Source: an uncultured bacterium
GTDB taxonomy: Bacteria; Pseudomonadota; Gammaproteobacteria; Burkholderiales; JACQAP01
DNA length: 64,000 nt
Direction: 5' to 3'
Assembly: GCA_965233135.1 (NCBI GenBank)
Contig: CBDDRM010000111.1
Span: 5,602 to 69,601, forward strand
Shown: positions 40,164 to 48,986 of the stretch, one piece after another
Layout: each line of letters starts with the position of its first letter
Position numbering within the stretch: the stretch's first letter is position 1
The notes under the pieces: generated by a model
The model's database searches: none
What the model saw: only the letters and a program-made list of their open reading frames with translations
Told to the model about the DNA's origin: nothing
Program-made: the position numbers and the translations under genes

Positions 40164-40420
40164 TCCGACGCATCGACGCCCTCGTGTTTCGATCGGTCTG
40201 CGCTCGGCCGGACGAAGAGACGCATTGTGCTGTGCTGGTCAACGAGCGGCGCAGCCATGGCAGGCCGGCAATTCGACGACGGCCGGCTTTGTTGCCTGAA
40301 GGTTTGATCTGCCGCGCGGGCGAGTTATGATTCGCCGTGGCAGTCACGGACGCGCCAAGACCGTCGAACATTTGGCCAGGCGGCTGCAGTCCTGGCTGGG
40401 GTGAAAGAGCTTCTGCACTC

Positions 40421-42361
40421 ATGACCAGCGATCTCGAAAATCAGGTTTCCGCATATCAGCAGTGGCGCGACGAGCTGCGCGACTGCATTCAGGCTTATCA
40501 AAGCTGGCTTGAAGATCACGGCCATGCCGATATACAGCGCAGTCTGCGCATCTACGACCTGGTCGAAAGCCTGCGCAACGATCGCATGATTCTCGCGTTC
40601 CTGGCCGAATTCTCCCGCGGCAAGACTGAGTTGATCAACGCGATGTTCTTCTCGGATTTCAAGCAACGCCTCTTGCCATCCGATGTCGGCCGCACGACCA
40701 TGTGCCCGACCGAGATTTTCTACGATGGTGCCGAGGAACCTTACATAAAGCTGTTGCCGATCGAATCGCGCAAAGGCGACGATAGCATTGCCGCACTCAA
40801 GCACAAGCCCGTGGAGTGGGTGAAGATCAGGCTCAACCTGGGCTCGCAGGAGGAAATGTCTCTGGCAATGTCCAAGCTGGCCCAGGTGAAATCCGTGCCG
40901 GTGGAGGAGGCGGGTCTGCTCGGCTTGCTCGACGAAGCCGACTTCGTGACGACGACGGTGGTGGTCAGGCATGGCGGCAAAGTCGAAATTCCGTGCTGGC
41001 GCCACGCGCTTATCAACTACCCGCATCCGTTGCTGAAAAAAGGGCTGGTGATTCTCGATACCCCGGGACTGAACGCGCTCGGCACCGAACCGGAGCTGAC
41101 GCTGTCCATGATTCCGAGCGCACACGCGGTTCTGTTTCTGCTTGCGATGGATACGGGCGTCACCAAATCAGACCTCGACGTCTGGCAGAAGTACGTGCAG
41201 ACCTATGTCACACGACGTATTGCCGTGCTCAACAAGATCGACCTCATGTGGGACGATCTCAAAAGCGACGACCAGATTGCCGTGGGGGTGGATCGCCAAC
41301 TGGCCGAAACGGCGCGAATTCTCGGATTGCCCCAGGATCATGTCATCGCGTTATCCGCGCAGAAAGGTCTGATCGCTCGCATTCGCGGCGATGCGGGTCT
41401 GCTCGCAAAAAGCCGCATCGAGGTACTGGAACGTCTTCTTGCAGAGGAGATCATCCCGTCGAAGCAGCAAATCCTGCGTGCAGCAGTGACCCGCGAAATC
41501 GGCAACATGCTCGAAACATCCTTGCAAAGCGCGGCCGCGCAACTGGTCAGCACGCGCAGTGAGTTGCAGGAAATGGCGCGTCTGTCGGGCAAGAATCGCG
41601 AGCTGGCCAAGCTGCTGCTTGCCAAGCTCGAGCAGGACAAGGCGAACTATATGCGCCACATGGAAAGCTTCAAGCGCTCCTACGCGCTGGTGCTCAAGCA
41701 GGGCAATCTGCTTGTCGGCACGCTCGCGGAAGAGCGCCTGGACGACATGATGCGCCGCAGCCTACACTCGATCGAGGGCAGCTGGACAACTGCCGGTCTC
41801 ATGGGCAGCATGCAAGCGCTATTCGACACGTTCTCCCGGCAGGCCGAGAAAATCCTCGAATTCGCCGGCGAGACGCGCAACTATGTCGACGGCGTTTACG
41901 GCGAGTTTCACAAGATGTACGGCTTTCCCAAGATGACACCGCCGGCACTGCAACTCGAGCGTCATATCCTGCGCATGCATTCGTTGCATCAGAGCACCGA
42001 GCGTTTCTGCAAGGATCCGGTCAACGTCATGACGGAAAAGCATTTCCTGGTGCGCCGTTTCTATAACGGGCTGGTGTCGCACGCGCGCGAGTTGTTCAGC
42101 CAGCTGCGCCAGGAACTCGACGCCTGGGTCAATGCGGCGCTCATGCCGTTGTCCCTGCAGCTCAAGGAGCATCAGAAATTGCTTGAGCGCAAGGTCGACA
42201 ACTTGCGCAAAGTCGCCGGTGACATCAATACCCTGCAGGAACGCGTCCGCCAACTCGAGCAGCAGCAATTGCAATTTGGCAAGCAGGTCGAGGAACTCAC
42301 GCAGATTCGCGACGTCCTCCAGCGCGACCCGGCGCAAATTAAAATCGCCAAGGTAGCGTGA
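40421..42361 (+). CDS. Dynamin-family large GTPase (bacterial dynamin-like protein)
   Basis: In-frame ATG giving 646 aa. G1 AEFSRGKT (res 62-69), G2 region VGRTTMCPTE, G3 DTPG (213-216), G4 NKID (271-274). A ~370-aa helical stalk follows, with heptad-like segments (LQERVRQLEQQQLQFGKQVEEL). Confidence 0.8.
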   Translation: MTSDLENQVSAYQQWRDELRDCIQAYQSWLEDHGHADIQRSLRIYDLVESLRNDRMILAFLAEFSRGKTELINAMFFSDFKQRLLPSDVGRTTMCPTEIFYDGAEEPYIKLLPIESRKGDDSIAALKHKPVEWVKIRLNLGSQEEMSLAMSKLAQVKSVPVEEAGLLGLLDEADFVTTTVVVRHGGKVEIPCWRHALINYPHPLLKKGLVILDTPGLNALGTEPELTLSMIPSAHAVLFLLAMDTGVTKSDLDVWQKYVQTYVTRRIAVLNKIDLMWDDLKSDDQIAVGVDRQLAETARILGLPQDHVIALSAQKGLIARIRGDAGLLAKSRIEVLERLLAEEIIPSKQQILRAAVTREIGNMLETSLQSAAAQLVSTRSELQEMARLSGKNRELAKLLLAKLEQDKANYMRHMESFKRSYALVLKQGNLLVGTLAEERLDDMMRRSLHSIEGSWTTAGLMGSMQALFDTFSRQAEKILEFAGETRNYVDGVYGEFHKMYGFPKMTPPALQLERHILRMHSLHQSTERFCKDPVNVMTEKHFLVRRFYNGLVSHARELFSQLRQELDAWVNAALMPLSLQLKEHQKLLERKVDNLRKVAGDINTLQERVRQLEQQQLQFGKQVEELTQIRDVLQRDPAQIKIAKVA

Positions 42362-42481
42362 TCAAGGCTCGCGTCGAGCGCGCGAGCCGGCACAACGGGT
42401 GAGTCGGTCATCGAAGGCCGGTGTGCCGAGCGCCGAACCGGCGCGACACAGCCGAAGCCAGCAGCGCTAAACTCCCGCGAC

Positions 42482-43786
42482 ATGTCATTCTTGCGCGATT
42501 TCTCCGTTCCCGCGCTCGTCGCGGGATTCGTCACCGTCCTGGTGGGCTTCACGAGTACCGCTGTCCTTGTTTTCCAGGCCGCGCAAGCGGTGGGTGCGGG
42601 GCCTGAACAGATCGCCTCCTGGATGTGGGCGCTTGGACTGGGCATGGGCGTGACGTGCATTGCCTTGTCCTTGCGCTATCGCATGCCGGTCGTCACTGCC
42701 TGGTCCACGCCCGGGGCGGCGGTGCTCATCACCGCAGCCGGCGGCGTGACGCTCGAGCAGGCGACGGGGGCTTTCATGGTATCGGCACTGCTCATTGCAA
42801 TTGCCGGATTTACCGGCTTGTTCGAGCGGGCGCTCAATCGCATTCCGGTTTCCATCGCCTCGGGGATGCTGGCTGGCGTATTGCTGCGATTCGCGCTGGA
42901 CGTGTTCATCGTCATGAAGACTCAGTTTGTGCTGGCGTTCGCCATGTTCGGAGTCTACTTGCTCATGCGTCGCCTGGCGCCGCGTTATGCAGTGATCGCC
43001 GCCTTCGCACTGGGCTTGGGCATCGCGGCAATGCGTAGCCAGTTGCATCTGCAAGAGGTGCAACTCGAATTGGCACAACCTGTATGGGTCACGCCGAGTT
43101 TTTCACTCAACGCGCTGATAGGCGTGGCATTGCCGCTGTTCGTGGTGACCATGGCTTCACAAAACGTTCCCGGTGTGGCCGTCATCCGTGCTTCAGGCTA
43201 TGCGGTGCCGATCTCCCCGGTGATCGGCTGGACCGGTGTGACCAACTTCGTGCTGGCGCCGTTCGGCGCGTTTGCCCTCAATCTCGCTGCAATTACGGCG
43301 GCCATTTGCATGGGCCGCGAAGCCCACGAAGATGCCGGGCGGCGCTATGTAGCCGCTGTCGCGGCGGGCGCGTTCTATGTGCTGGTGGGATTGTTCGGCG
43401 CAACGGTCGGCGCCTTGTTCGCGGCCTTCCCGCGGGAACTCGTCGCCGCCATAGCGGGCCTGGCGCTGATCGGAACAATCGGCAACGGCCTCGCCGCCGC
43501 ATTGGCAGTCGAACGCGAACGCGAAGCGGCGCTCATCACTTTCCTGGTCACGGCCTCGGGCCTCACGTTGCTGGGCATCGGGGCGGCGTTCTGGGGCTTG
43601 GTTACAGGCGCACTGGCGCTGCTGGTGCTGCGCCAGCCTGAAGAAAGATTGCGCGCGAGCGGCGCTTCAGCGAACACAGGCGGCCAACGCAAGGTCGAAC
43701 CTCCGGGATCGGCGGCGAAGCACGCCGCCGAAGCCCAGCGCCGGCCGAAGCAATCGACGTCCCCACCAGTGCGGAAGCGATCTTGA
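42482..43786 (+). CDS. benE: Benzoate/H+ symporter BenE-family transporter
   Basis: 434 aa: MSFLRDFSVPALVAGFVTVLVGFTS.AVLVFQAA...MPVVTAWSTPGAA.L. Polytopic, with a ~50-aa basic C-terminal tail. Confidence 0.85.
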   Translation: MSFLRDFSVPALVAGFVTVLVGFTSTAVLVFQAAQAVGAGPEQIASWMWALGLGMGVTCIALSLRYRMPVVTAWSTPGAAVLITAAGGVTLEQATGAFMVSALLIAIAGFTGLFERALNRIPVSIASGMLAGVLLRFALDVFIVMKTQFVLAFAMFGVYLLMRRLAPRYAVIAAFALGLGIAAMRSQLHLQEVQLELAQPVWVTPSFSLNALIGVALPLFVVTMASQNVPGVAVIRASGYAVPISPVIGWTGVTNFVLAPFGAFALNLAAITAAICMGREAHEDAGRRYVAAVAAGAFYVLVGLFGATVGALFAAFPRELVAAIAGLALIGTIGNGLAAALAVEREREAALITFLVTASGLTLLGIGAAFWGLVTGALALLVLRQPEERLRASGASANTGGQRKVEPPGSAAKHAAEAQRRPKQSTSPPVRKRS

Positions 43787-45222
43787 CTGCAAAATTCACC
43801 AGCAACATACCGGCGCGTCTCGACCGGTTGCCGTGGTCGCGATGGCACTGGCGGGTGGTGACGGCACTCGGCATCGCCTGGATTCTCGACGGCCTGGAAG
43901 TCACGCTCGTCGGTTCGGTAAGCGGTGTGCTCGCGCATCCGGATACGCTGAATTTGTCTGCGGCACAAATCGGCCTGGCCGGTTCGGGTTACGTAGGCGG
44001 CGCGGTCATCGGCGCACTGTACTGCGGGCGGCTTGCCGATCGTTTGGGCAGAAAGCGCCTGTTCCTGATTACCCTTTCGGTCTATCTGGTGGCGACGCTC
44101 GCCACGGCATTTTCATTCGATTTTTATTCTTTCCTGTTCTGCCGCTGGCTGACCGGCGTGGGAATCGGCGGCGAGTACGCGGCCATCAACTCTGCCATCG
44201 ACGAACTGATCCCGGCAAGAGTGCGCGGCCGCGTGAATCTCGCGATCAATGGCAGCTTCTGGGTCGGCGCTGCACTCGGCGCAGCGCTGAGCCTGGTGCT
44301 GCTCGATGCGGGCCTGTTCGACCCGGACATCGGCTGGCGCATCGGTTTCGGCTTGGGGGCGCTGTTGGCAATCGCCATTTTGTACGTGCGCCGGCACGTC
44401 CCGGAGAGTCCGCGGTGGATGCTCATGCATGGCCATCAGGCCGATGCCGAACGCGTCGTCGCTGGCATCGAGGCTGAAGTCGAACGCCAGTGCGGCCGCC
44501 TGGCACGGTCCGATCAAACGTTGGCAATCACTGTGCGGCCGCAACCTAGTTTCGGGGAGATCGCGCATGTGCTGCTGCGGCGCTACCCCAGGCGCACGTT
44601 ACTCGGCCTGGCGCTGATGATTTCGCAGGCGTTCTTCTATAACGCGATTTTCTTTACCTACGCACTGGTGTTGACTCGATTCCAGGACGTTCCCGAGTCG
44701 CAGGTGGGGCGCTACATCTTTCCGTTCGCAATTGCCAACTTTCTCGGCCCGCTGGTGCTCGGACCGTTGTTCGATCGCATTGGCCGGCGCCGCATGATCG
44801 CGCTAACTTACGCGCTGTCGGGTATCGGACTGGCTGCGACCGGATTCGGATTCATGCAGGAATGGCTGGGCGCGGTCTCACAAACAGTATGCTGGTCGAT
44901 CGTGTTCTTCTTCGCGTCGGCGGCGGCGAGTTCGGCCTACCTTACCGTGAGCGAGGTCTTTCCCCTGGAAATGCGCGCCCTGTCGATCTCCATTTTCTAT
45001 GCCGTCGGAACGGGCATGGGCGGTTTCATTGCGCCGGCGCTGTTCGGCGTTCTGATCGAAACGCAAAGCCGCGGCGCCGTATTTACGGGCTACGCAATCG
45101 GTGCGACGCTGGTCCTGGTTGCCGCGGTTATCGCGCTGCGCTATGGCATCGATGCAGAGCGCAAGTCACTCGAAGACGTAGCCACTCCGCTGAGCTCCGA
45201 AGCGCCATCCGACAAGACCTGA
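43783..45222 (+). CDS. MFS transporter (metabolite/sugar porter-like)
   Basis: 479 aa: RLDRLPWSRWHWRVV..., the MFS loop motif GRLADRLGRKRL, and 12 predicted TM helices. TTG start in a TTGA overlap with the benE stop. Confidence 0.85.
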   Translation: MTAKFTSNIPARLDRLPWSRWHWRVVTALGIAWILDGLEVTLVGSVSGVLAHPDTLNLSAAQIGLAGSGYVGGAVIGALYCGRLADRLGRKRLFLITLSVYLVATLATAFSFDFYSFLFCRWLTGVGIGGEYAAINSAIDELIPARVRGRVNLAINGSFWVGAALGAALSLVLLDAGLFDPDIGWRIGFGLGALLAIAILYVRRHVPESPRWMLMHGHQADAERVVAGIEAEVERQCGRLARSDQTLAITVRPQPSFGEIAHVLLRRYPRRTLLGLALMISQAFFYNAIFFTYALVLTRFQDVPESQVGRYIFPFAIANFLGPLVLGPLFDRIGRRRMIALTYALSGIGLAATGFGFMQEWLGAVSQTVCWSIVFFFASAAASSAYLTVSEVFPLEMRALSISIFYAVGTGMGGFIAPALFGVLIETQSRGAVFTGYAIGATLVLVAAVIALRYGIDAERKSLEDVATPLSSEAPSDKT

Positions 45223-45255
45223 ACGCGCGGTGGGCGCACGGCAGGCCTGGTACAT

Positions 45256-46710
45256 CTACATCAGCACGATGTCGTATTGCTCCTGCGTGTAGATGGATTC
45301 CACCTGCAGCGAGATTGGCTTGTTGATGAATTCTTCGAGCATGGCGAGGCTCTGGGACTCTTCGTCGAGAAAGATGTCGATCACTTTCTGGGACGCGAGG
45401 ATGCGGAACTCGCGTGCATCGAACTGGCGTGATTCGCGCACCAGTTCGCGCAAGATTTCATAGCAGATGGTCTGTGCGGTCTTGACTTCGCCGCGCGCCT
45501 GACAGGTAGGACAGGGCTCGCAAAGGATGTGCGCCAGGCTTTCGCGCGTGCGCTTGCGGGTCATTTCCACGAGGCCCAGATGCGTAAAGCCATTGACCGT
45601 CATGCGCGTACGGTCCAGCAACAGAGCCTTCTTGAATTCTGTAATCACGGCATTGCGGTGTACTTCATTATCCATGTCGATGAAGTCGATAATGATGATG
45701 CCGCCCAGGTTGCGCAGGCGCAGCTGTCGCGCGATAACCTGCGCCGCTTCGAGGTTGGTCTTGAAGATGGTGTCGTCGAAGTTGCGCCCGCCGACGAAGC
45801 CCCCCGTGTTCACGTCGACCGTGGTCAACGCCTCGGTCTGGTCGATGATCAGATATCCGCCCGATTTGAGCGGCACCCGGCGCGCGAGCGCGCGTTCGAT
45901 CTCGTCCTCGACCGCATAAAGATCGAACAATGGCCGCTCGCCGGTGTAATGATGAATGCGTTCGACGAAGGAAAGCGTGTACTCGGTCGCAAAAGCCTGC
46001 ATACGCAGGAAGGTTTCGCGCGAATCCACCAGAATGCGGTCGCTTTCATCGTTCACGAAATCGCGCAGCACGCGCAGTGCAAGGCTCAAATCCTGATAAA
46101 GCAGCGCCGGCGGGGCGACCACGCGTGCCTTTTCCTGGATATCCGACCAGAGCTTGCGCAGGTACTCGATGTCCGCGGCAAGCTCCTTTTCGGTGGCGGT
46201 TTCCGCCATGGTGCGCACGATATAGCCGCCGGTTTCATCGGCGGGAATCAGATGCTGCAGTTTTTCGCGCAGCAGCGCGCGTTCGTTCTCGTCTTCGATG
46301 CGCTGGGAAATGCCGATGTGGGATTCCTGCGGCAAATAAACCAGCAGGCGTCCGGCAATGCTGATTTGCGTCGACAGCCGTGCGCCCTTGGTGCCGATGG
46401 GGTCCTTGATCACCTGCACCAGCAACCGCTGTCCGTCCTGCAGCATGCGTTCGATCGGTTTGGGTTCTTCGTGGTTCTGGCGATGCACCCAGATGTCGGC
46501 GATGTGAAGGAACGCGGCACGATCCAGACCGATCTGAATGAACGCCGATTGCATGCCGGGCAGTACGCGGCTGACTTCGCCGATATAGATGTTGCCCACG
46601 ATGCCGCGGCTTGCGCTGCGTTCGACATGCAGTTCCTGCGCAACCCCCTGCTGCATCACCGCGACCCGCGTTTCCTGGGGGGTAACGTTGATGAGGATCT
46701 CTTCGTTCAC
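45256..46710 (-). CDS. rng: Ribonuclease G
   Basis: 484 aa: an S1 domain (GNIYIGEVSRVLPGMQSAFIQIG), then the RNase E/G catalytic core (IIDQTEALTTVDVNTG, GGIIIIDFIDM) and the CPxC pair CEPCPTCQARG. Confidence 0.93.
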   Translation of the reverse strand: MNEEILINVTPQETRVAVMQQGVAQELHVERSASRGIVGNIYIGEVSRVLPGMQSAFIQIGLDRAAFLHIADIWVHRQNHEEPKPIERMLQDGQRLLVQVIKDPIGTKGARLSTQISIAGRLLVYLPQESHIGISQRIEDENERALLREKLQHLIPADETGGYIVRTMAETATEKELAADIEYLRKLWSDIQEKARVVAPPALLYQDLSLALRVLRDFVNDESDRILVDSRETFLRMQAFATEYTLSFVERIHHYTGERPLFDLYAVEDEIERALARRVPLKSGGYLIIDQTEALTTVDVNTGGFVGGRNFDDTIFKTNLEAAQVIARQLRLRNLGGIIIIDFIDMDNEVHRNAVITEFKKALLLDRTRMTVNGFTHLGLVEMTRKRTRESLAHILCEPCPTCQARGEVKTAQTICYEILRELVRESRQFDAREFRILASQKVIDIFLDEESQSLAMLEEFINKPISLQVESIYTQEQYDIVLM

Positions 46711-47327
46711 AGCAACTGAAAGCCGAAATGCGTCAGCAGCTGCGCAGTCTCGAACATAGGCAGGCCGACCACGCCGCTGTAGCTGCCGTTGATGGACTCG
46801 ATGAACATCGAGGCCTTGCCCTGGATGCCGTAGGCGCCCGCCTTGTCCATCGGGTCGCCGGTGGCGACGTAACGGCGGATCTCGTCATCGGACAGCGTGC
46901 GCAGACGCACGTCGGTCACCGAAAGTGCTTCCTGCATGGCATCGTGGAATTTGACCGCCACCGCCGAGTACACCTGGTGCACTGTCCCGGAAAGACTCTT
47001 GAGCATGGCCACGGCGTCTTCGCGGTCCCTGGGCTTGGCCAGAATGGTTTCATTGAGGGCGACCGTGGTATCGCCGGCGAGCACCGGATGGCGCATGAGC
47101 CGCCGTTGCTCCAGACGCAACCACCCGGCTTCGGCTTTGAGCCGGGCGACGCGTATGACGTAATCGCGCGGCAATTCGTTGCCGATCTGCGATTCATCGA
47201 AATCCGCATCGCGGCCCGGTCCTTCGCGCAGCAGGAGCATTTCGAAGTTCACGCCCATCTGTTTGAGCAGATCGCGGCGCCGCGCACTGCGCGAGGCAAG
47301 GTAAATATGTTTTTCGAGCGACGGCAC
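46707..47327 (-). CDS. maf: Maf-like nucleoside triphosphate pyrophosphatase
   Basis: 206 aa: IYLASRSARRRDLL, DKAGAYGIQG. 4-nt overlap with the rng start. Confidence 0.88.
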   Translation of the reverse strand: MPSLEKHIYLASRSARRRDLLKQMGVNFEMLLLREGPGRDADFDESQIGNELPRDYVIRVARLKAEAGWLRLEQRRLMRHPVLAGDTTVALNETILAKPRDREDAVAMLKSLSGTVHQVYSAVAVKFHDAMQEALSVTDVRLRTLSDDEIRRYVATGDPMDKAGAYGIQGKASMFIESINGSYSGVVGLPMFETAQLLTHFGFQLL

Positions 47328-47368
47328 GTTTTCGGCTCTTGGTTATTCGCGCCCCGCTGGGGCGGCAG

Positions 47369-47851
47369 TTATTCCCGGTGATAAGGGTGATTCTGAATCA
47401 TGGACATGGCGCGATAAAGCTGTTCGGCCAGCAGCACCCGCACCAAAGCGTGCGGAAGCGTCATCGCCGACAACGCAAACAGCAGATCCGCACCCGCTTT
47501 CAGGTCCTGGTCTAGCCCGTCGGTACTGCCGATCATGAACGCCACATCGCGGCCAGCCTGCATCCAACCTGCCATCTGGCGGGCTAAATCGGCTGTCGAT
47601 AGCGGCTTGCCGCGCTCATCCAGCGCTATTCTTACACAGCCCGACGGCAGGGCTGCAAGCAACCGTAGCTTTTCGGACTCGAGCAGCCGGGCCACTGAGG
47701 CGCCGGACAGGGCCTGGCGGCTGCGGGGCGCGGGTTTGATCTCGGTCAATAAAATGCGCGCTTCGCGCGGCATGCGCCGGGCATAGTCCTCGAATCCGGC
47801 GACGACCCAGGCGGGGGGTTTATGGCCTATGGCAAGGATGTGCAGCTTCAA
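47369..47851 (-). CDS. rlmH: 23S rRNA (pseudouridine1915-N3)-methyltransferase RlmH
   Basis: (L)KLHILAIGHKPPAWVVAGFEDYARRM..., LDERGK, FMIGSTDGL, LPHALVRVLLAEQLYRA. TTG start at 47851 gives 160 aa, the usual family length. The track ATG at 47941 would add ~30 aa of non-family sequence. Confidence 0.85.
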   Translation of the reverse strand: MKLHILAIGHKPPAWVVAGFEDYARRMPREARILLTEIKPAPRSRQALSGASVARLLESEKLRLLAALPSGCVRIALDERGKPLSTADLARQMAGWMQAGRDVAFMIGSTDGLDQDLKAGADLLFALSAMTLPHALVRVLLAEQLYRAMSMIQNHPYHRE

Positions 47852-48249
47852 CCGGAGGGCGGCGACACGCTCGCCGGCGGTTCGGCGCCGGGCGCATTTC
47901 TCCAGGTGGTGGGATGCGGGGATGGAGGTCTGCCCCCCCATAACTGCTCGAGGTTGTAATAGGTCCGTACCGCGGGCTGCATCACATGCACGATGACATC
48001 ACCCAGATCGACCAGTACCCATTCTCCCGATTTTTCTCCCTCCAGACCTTGTACACGCGCGCCCAGGCTTTTGAGCTTGTCCTGGACGTTTCTGGCCAGC
48101 GCCTTGGTCTGGCGGGCCGATTCGGCGGTCGCGACAATCATGTAATCGAACAGGGAGGTCATTTTCCTGACGTCGAGTACGGTGATGTCTCTGGCCTTGA
48201 TTTCTTCCAGTGCTTCGACGGCAGCTTGTCTCACGGCTTCAACGTGCAT
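47848..48249 (-). CDS. rsfS: Ribosome silencing factor RsfS
   Basis: Internal ATG: MHVEAVRQAAVEALEEIKARDITVLDVRKMTSLFDYMIVATAES.RQ..A...WVLVDLGDVIVHVMQP..R.YYNLEQLW. Followed by a ~30-aa Pro-rich tail. Confidence 0.85.
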   Translation of the reverse strand: MHVEAVRQAAVEALEEIKARDITVLDVRKMTSLFDYMIVATAESARQTKALARNVQDKLKSLGARVQGLEGEKSGEWVLVDLGDVIVHVMQPAVRTYYNLEQLWGGRPPSPHPTTWRNAPGAEPPASVSPPSG

Positions 48250-48910
48250 CGCGTTCCTTGTAAAGACGATTGCGTTCAATGTAATCGAGAACCGCTTCCG
48301 GGACCAGATAACGCACACTGCGCCCTTCGGCCAGCCGCGTGCGGATCGCGGTCGCGGCGATATCGAGCGCCGTGATTTCCGCCACGTAAATGGCACCGCC
48401 GCTGTCCCGGCGTAGCAGACCGGGTGAGGCGGTCAGCCGCTGCAGATAAATCTTGCGCAACGCGCCCGGCAGCGAGGCCTGCAGTTGCTGTACCGAGAAC
48501 CCGGGTCGGTGCGCCACGACGATATGCGCCAGCTCGAACAACTCCCCCCACCGATGCCAGGTGGTCAGCGCCGAGAACGCATCGGACCCCATTAACAGAC
48601 ACAGCGGGCGCTCTCCGAGTTCAGCGCGTAGTTCGGACAGCGTATCGAAGGTGTAACAAACGCCTTCGCGCCGGATCTCGCGTTCTTCTGCGCTGAAGCG
48701 AGAGTTGCCGCCGATGGCGAGACGCACCATCTGCATACGGTGCATGCCCGCCGTGCGCGGAGCGCTGCGATGCGGCGGCGTTCCCGTGGGGATGAATCGG
48801 ACCCCGGCGAGGCCGATAATCTCGGCGAGTTCTTCGGCGAGGCGCAAATGCCCGACATGCACGGGATCGAATGTCCCGCCCAGCACGCCGACAGGGCCAG
48901 TCGAAGTCAA
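48239..48910 (-). CDS. nadD: Nicotinate-nucleotide adenylyltransferase
   Basis: 223 aa: GVLGGTFDPVHVGHLRLAEE (HxGH motif) and the late ISATAIR motif. Confidence 0.88.
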   Translation of the reverse strand: MTSTGPVGVLGGTFDPVHVGHLRLAEELAEIIGLAGVRFIPTGTPPHRSAPRTAGMHRMQMVRLAIGGNSRFSAEEREIRREGVCYTFDTLSELRAELGERPLCLLMGSDAFSALTTWHRWGELFELAHIVVAHRPGFSVQQLQASLPGALRKIYLQRLTASPGLLRRDSGGAIYVAEITALDIAATAIRTRLAEGRSVRYLVPEAVLDYIERNRLYKERDAR

Positions 48911-48986
48911 GCCGTGAACAGCGAACAGTAAGCAACTCGCAACGCCGAGGCCCGATTCGGAGCGTTCGCCGTTCGCGGATCACCGA

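Noticed and set aside
40421-42361. Dynamin-like gene as an Eleos (LeoA/LeoBC) anti-phage system
   Set aside because: Eleos needs at least two adjacent dynamin-like/GTPase genes. Only one is present, and its flanks are housekeeping or transport genes. It is kept as a finding, but not called a defence system.
45529-46719. 396-aa plus-strand ORF
   Set aside because: It is antisense to rng, whose S1 domain and catalytic motifs are clear.
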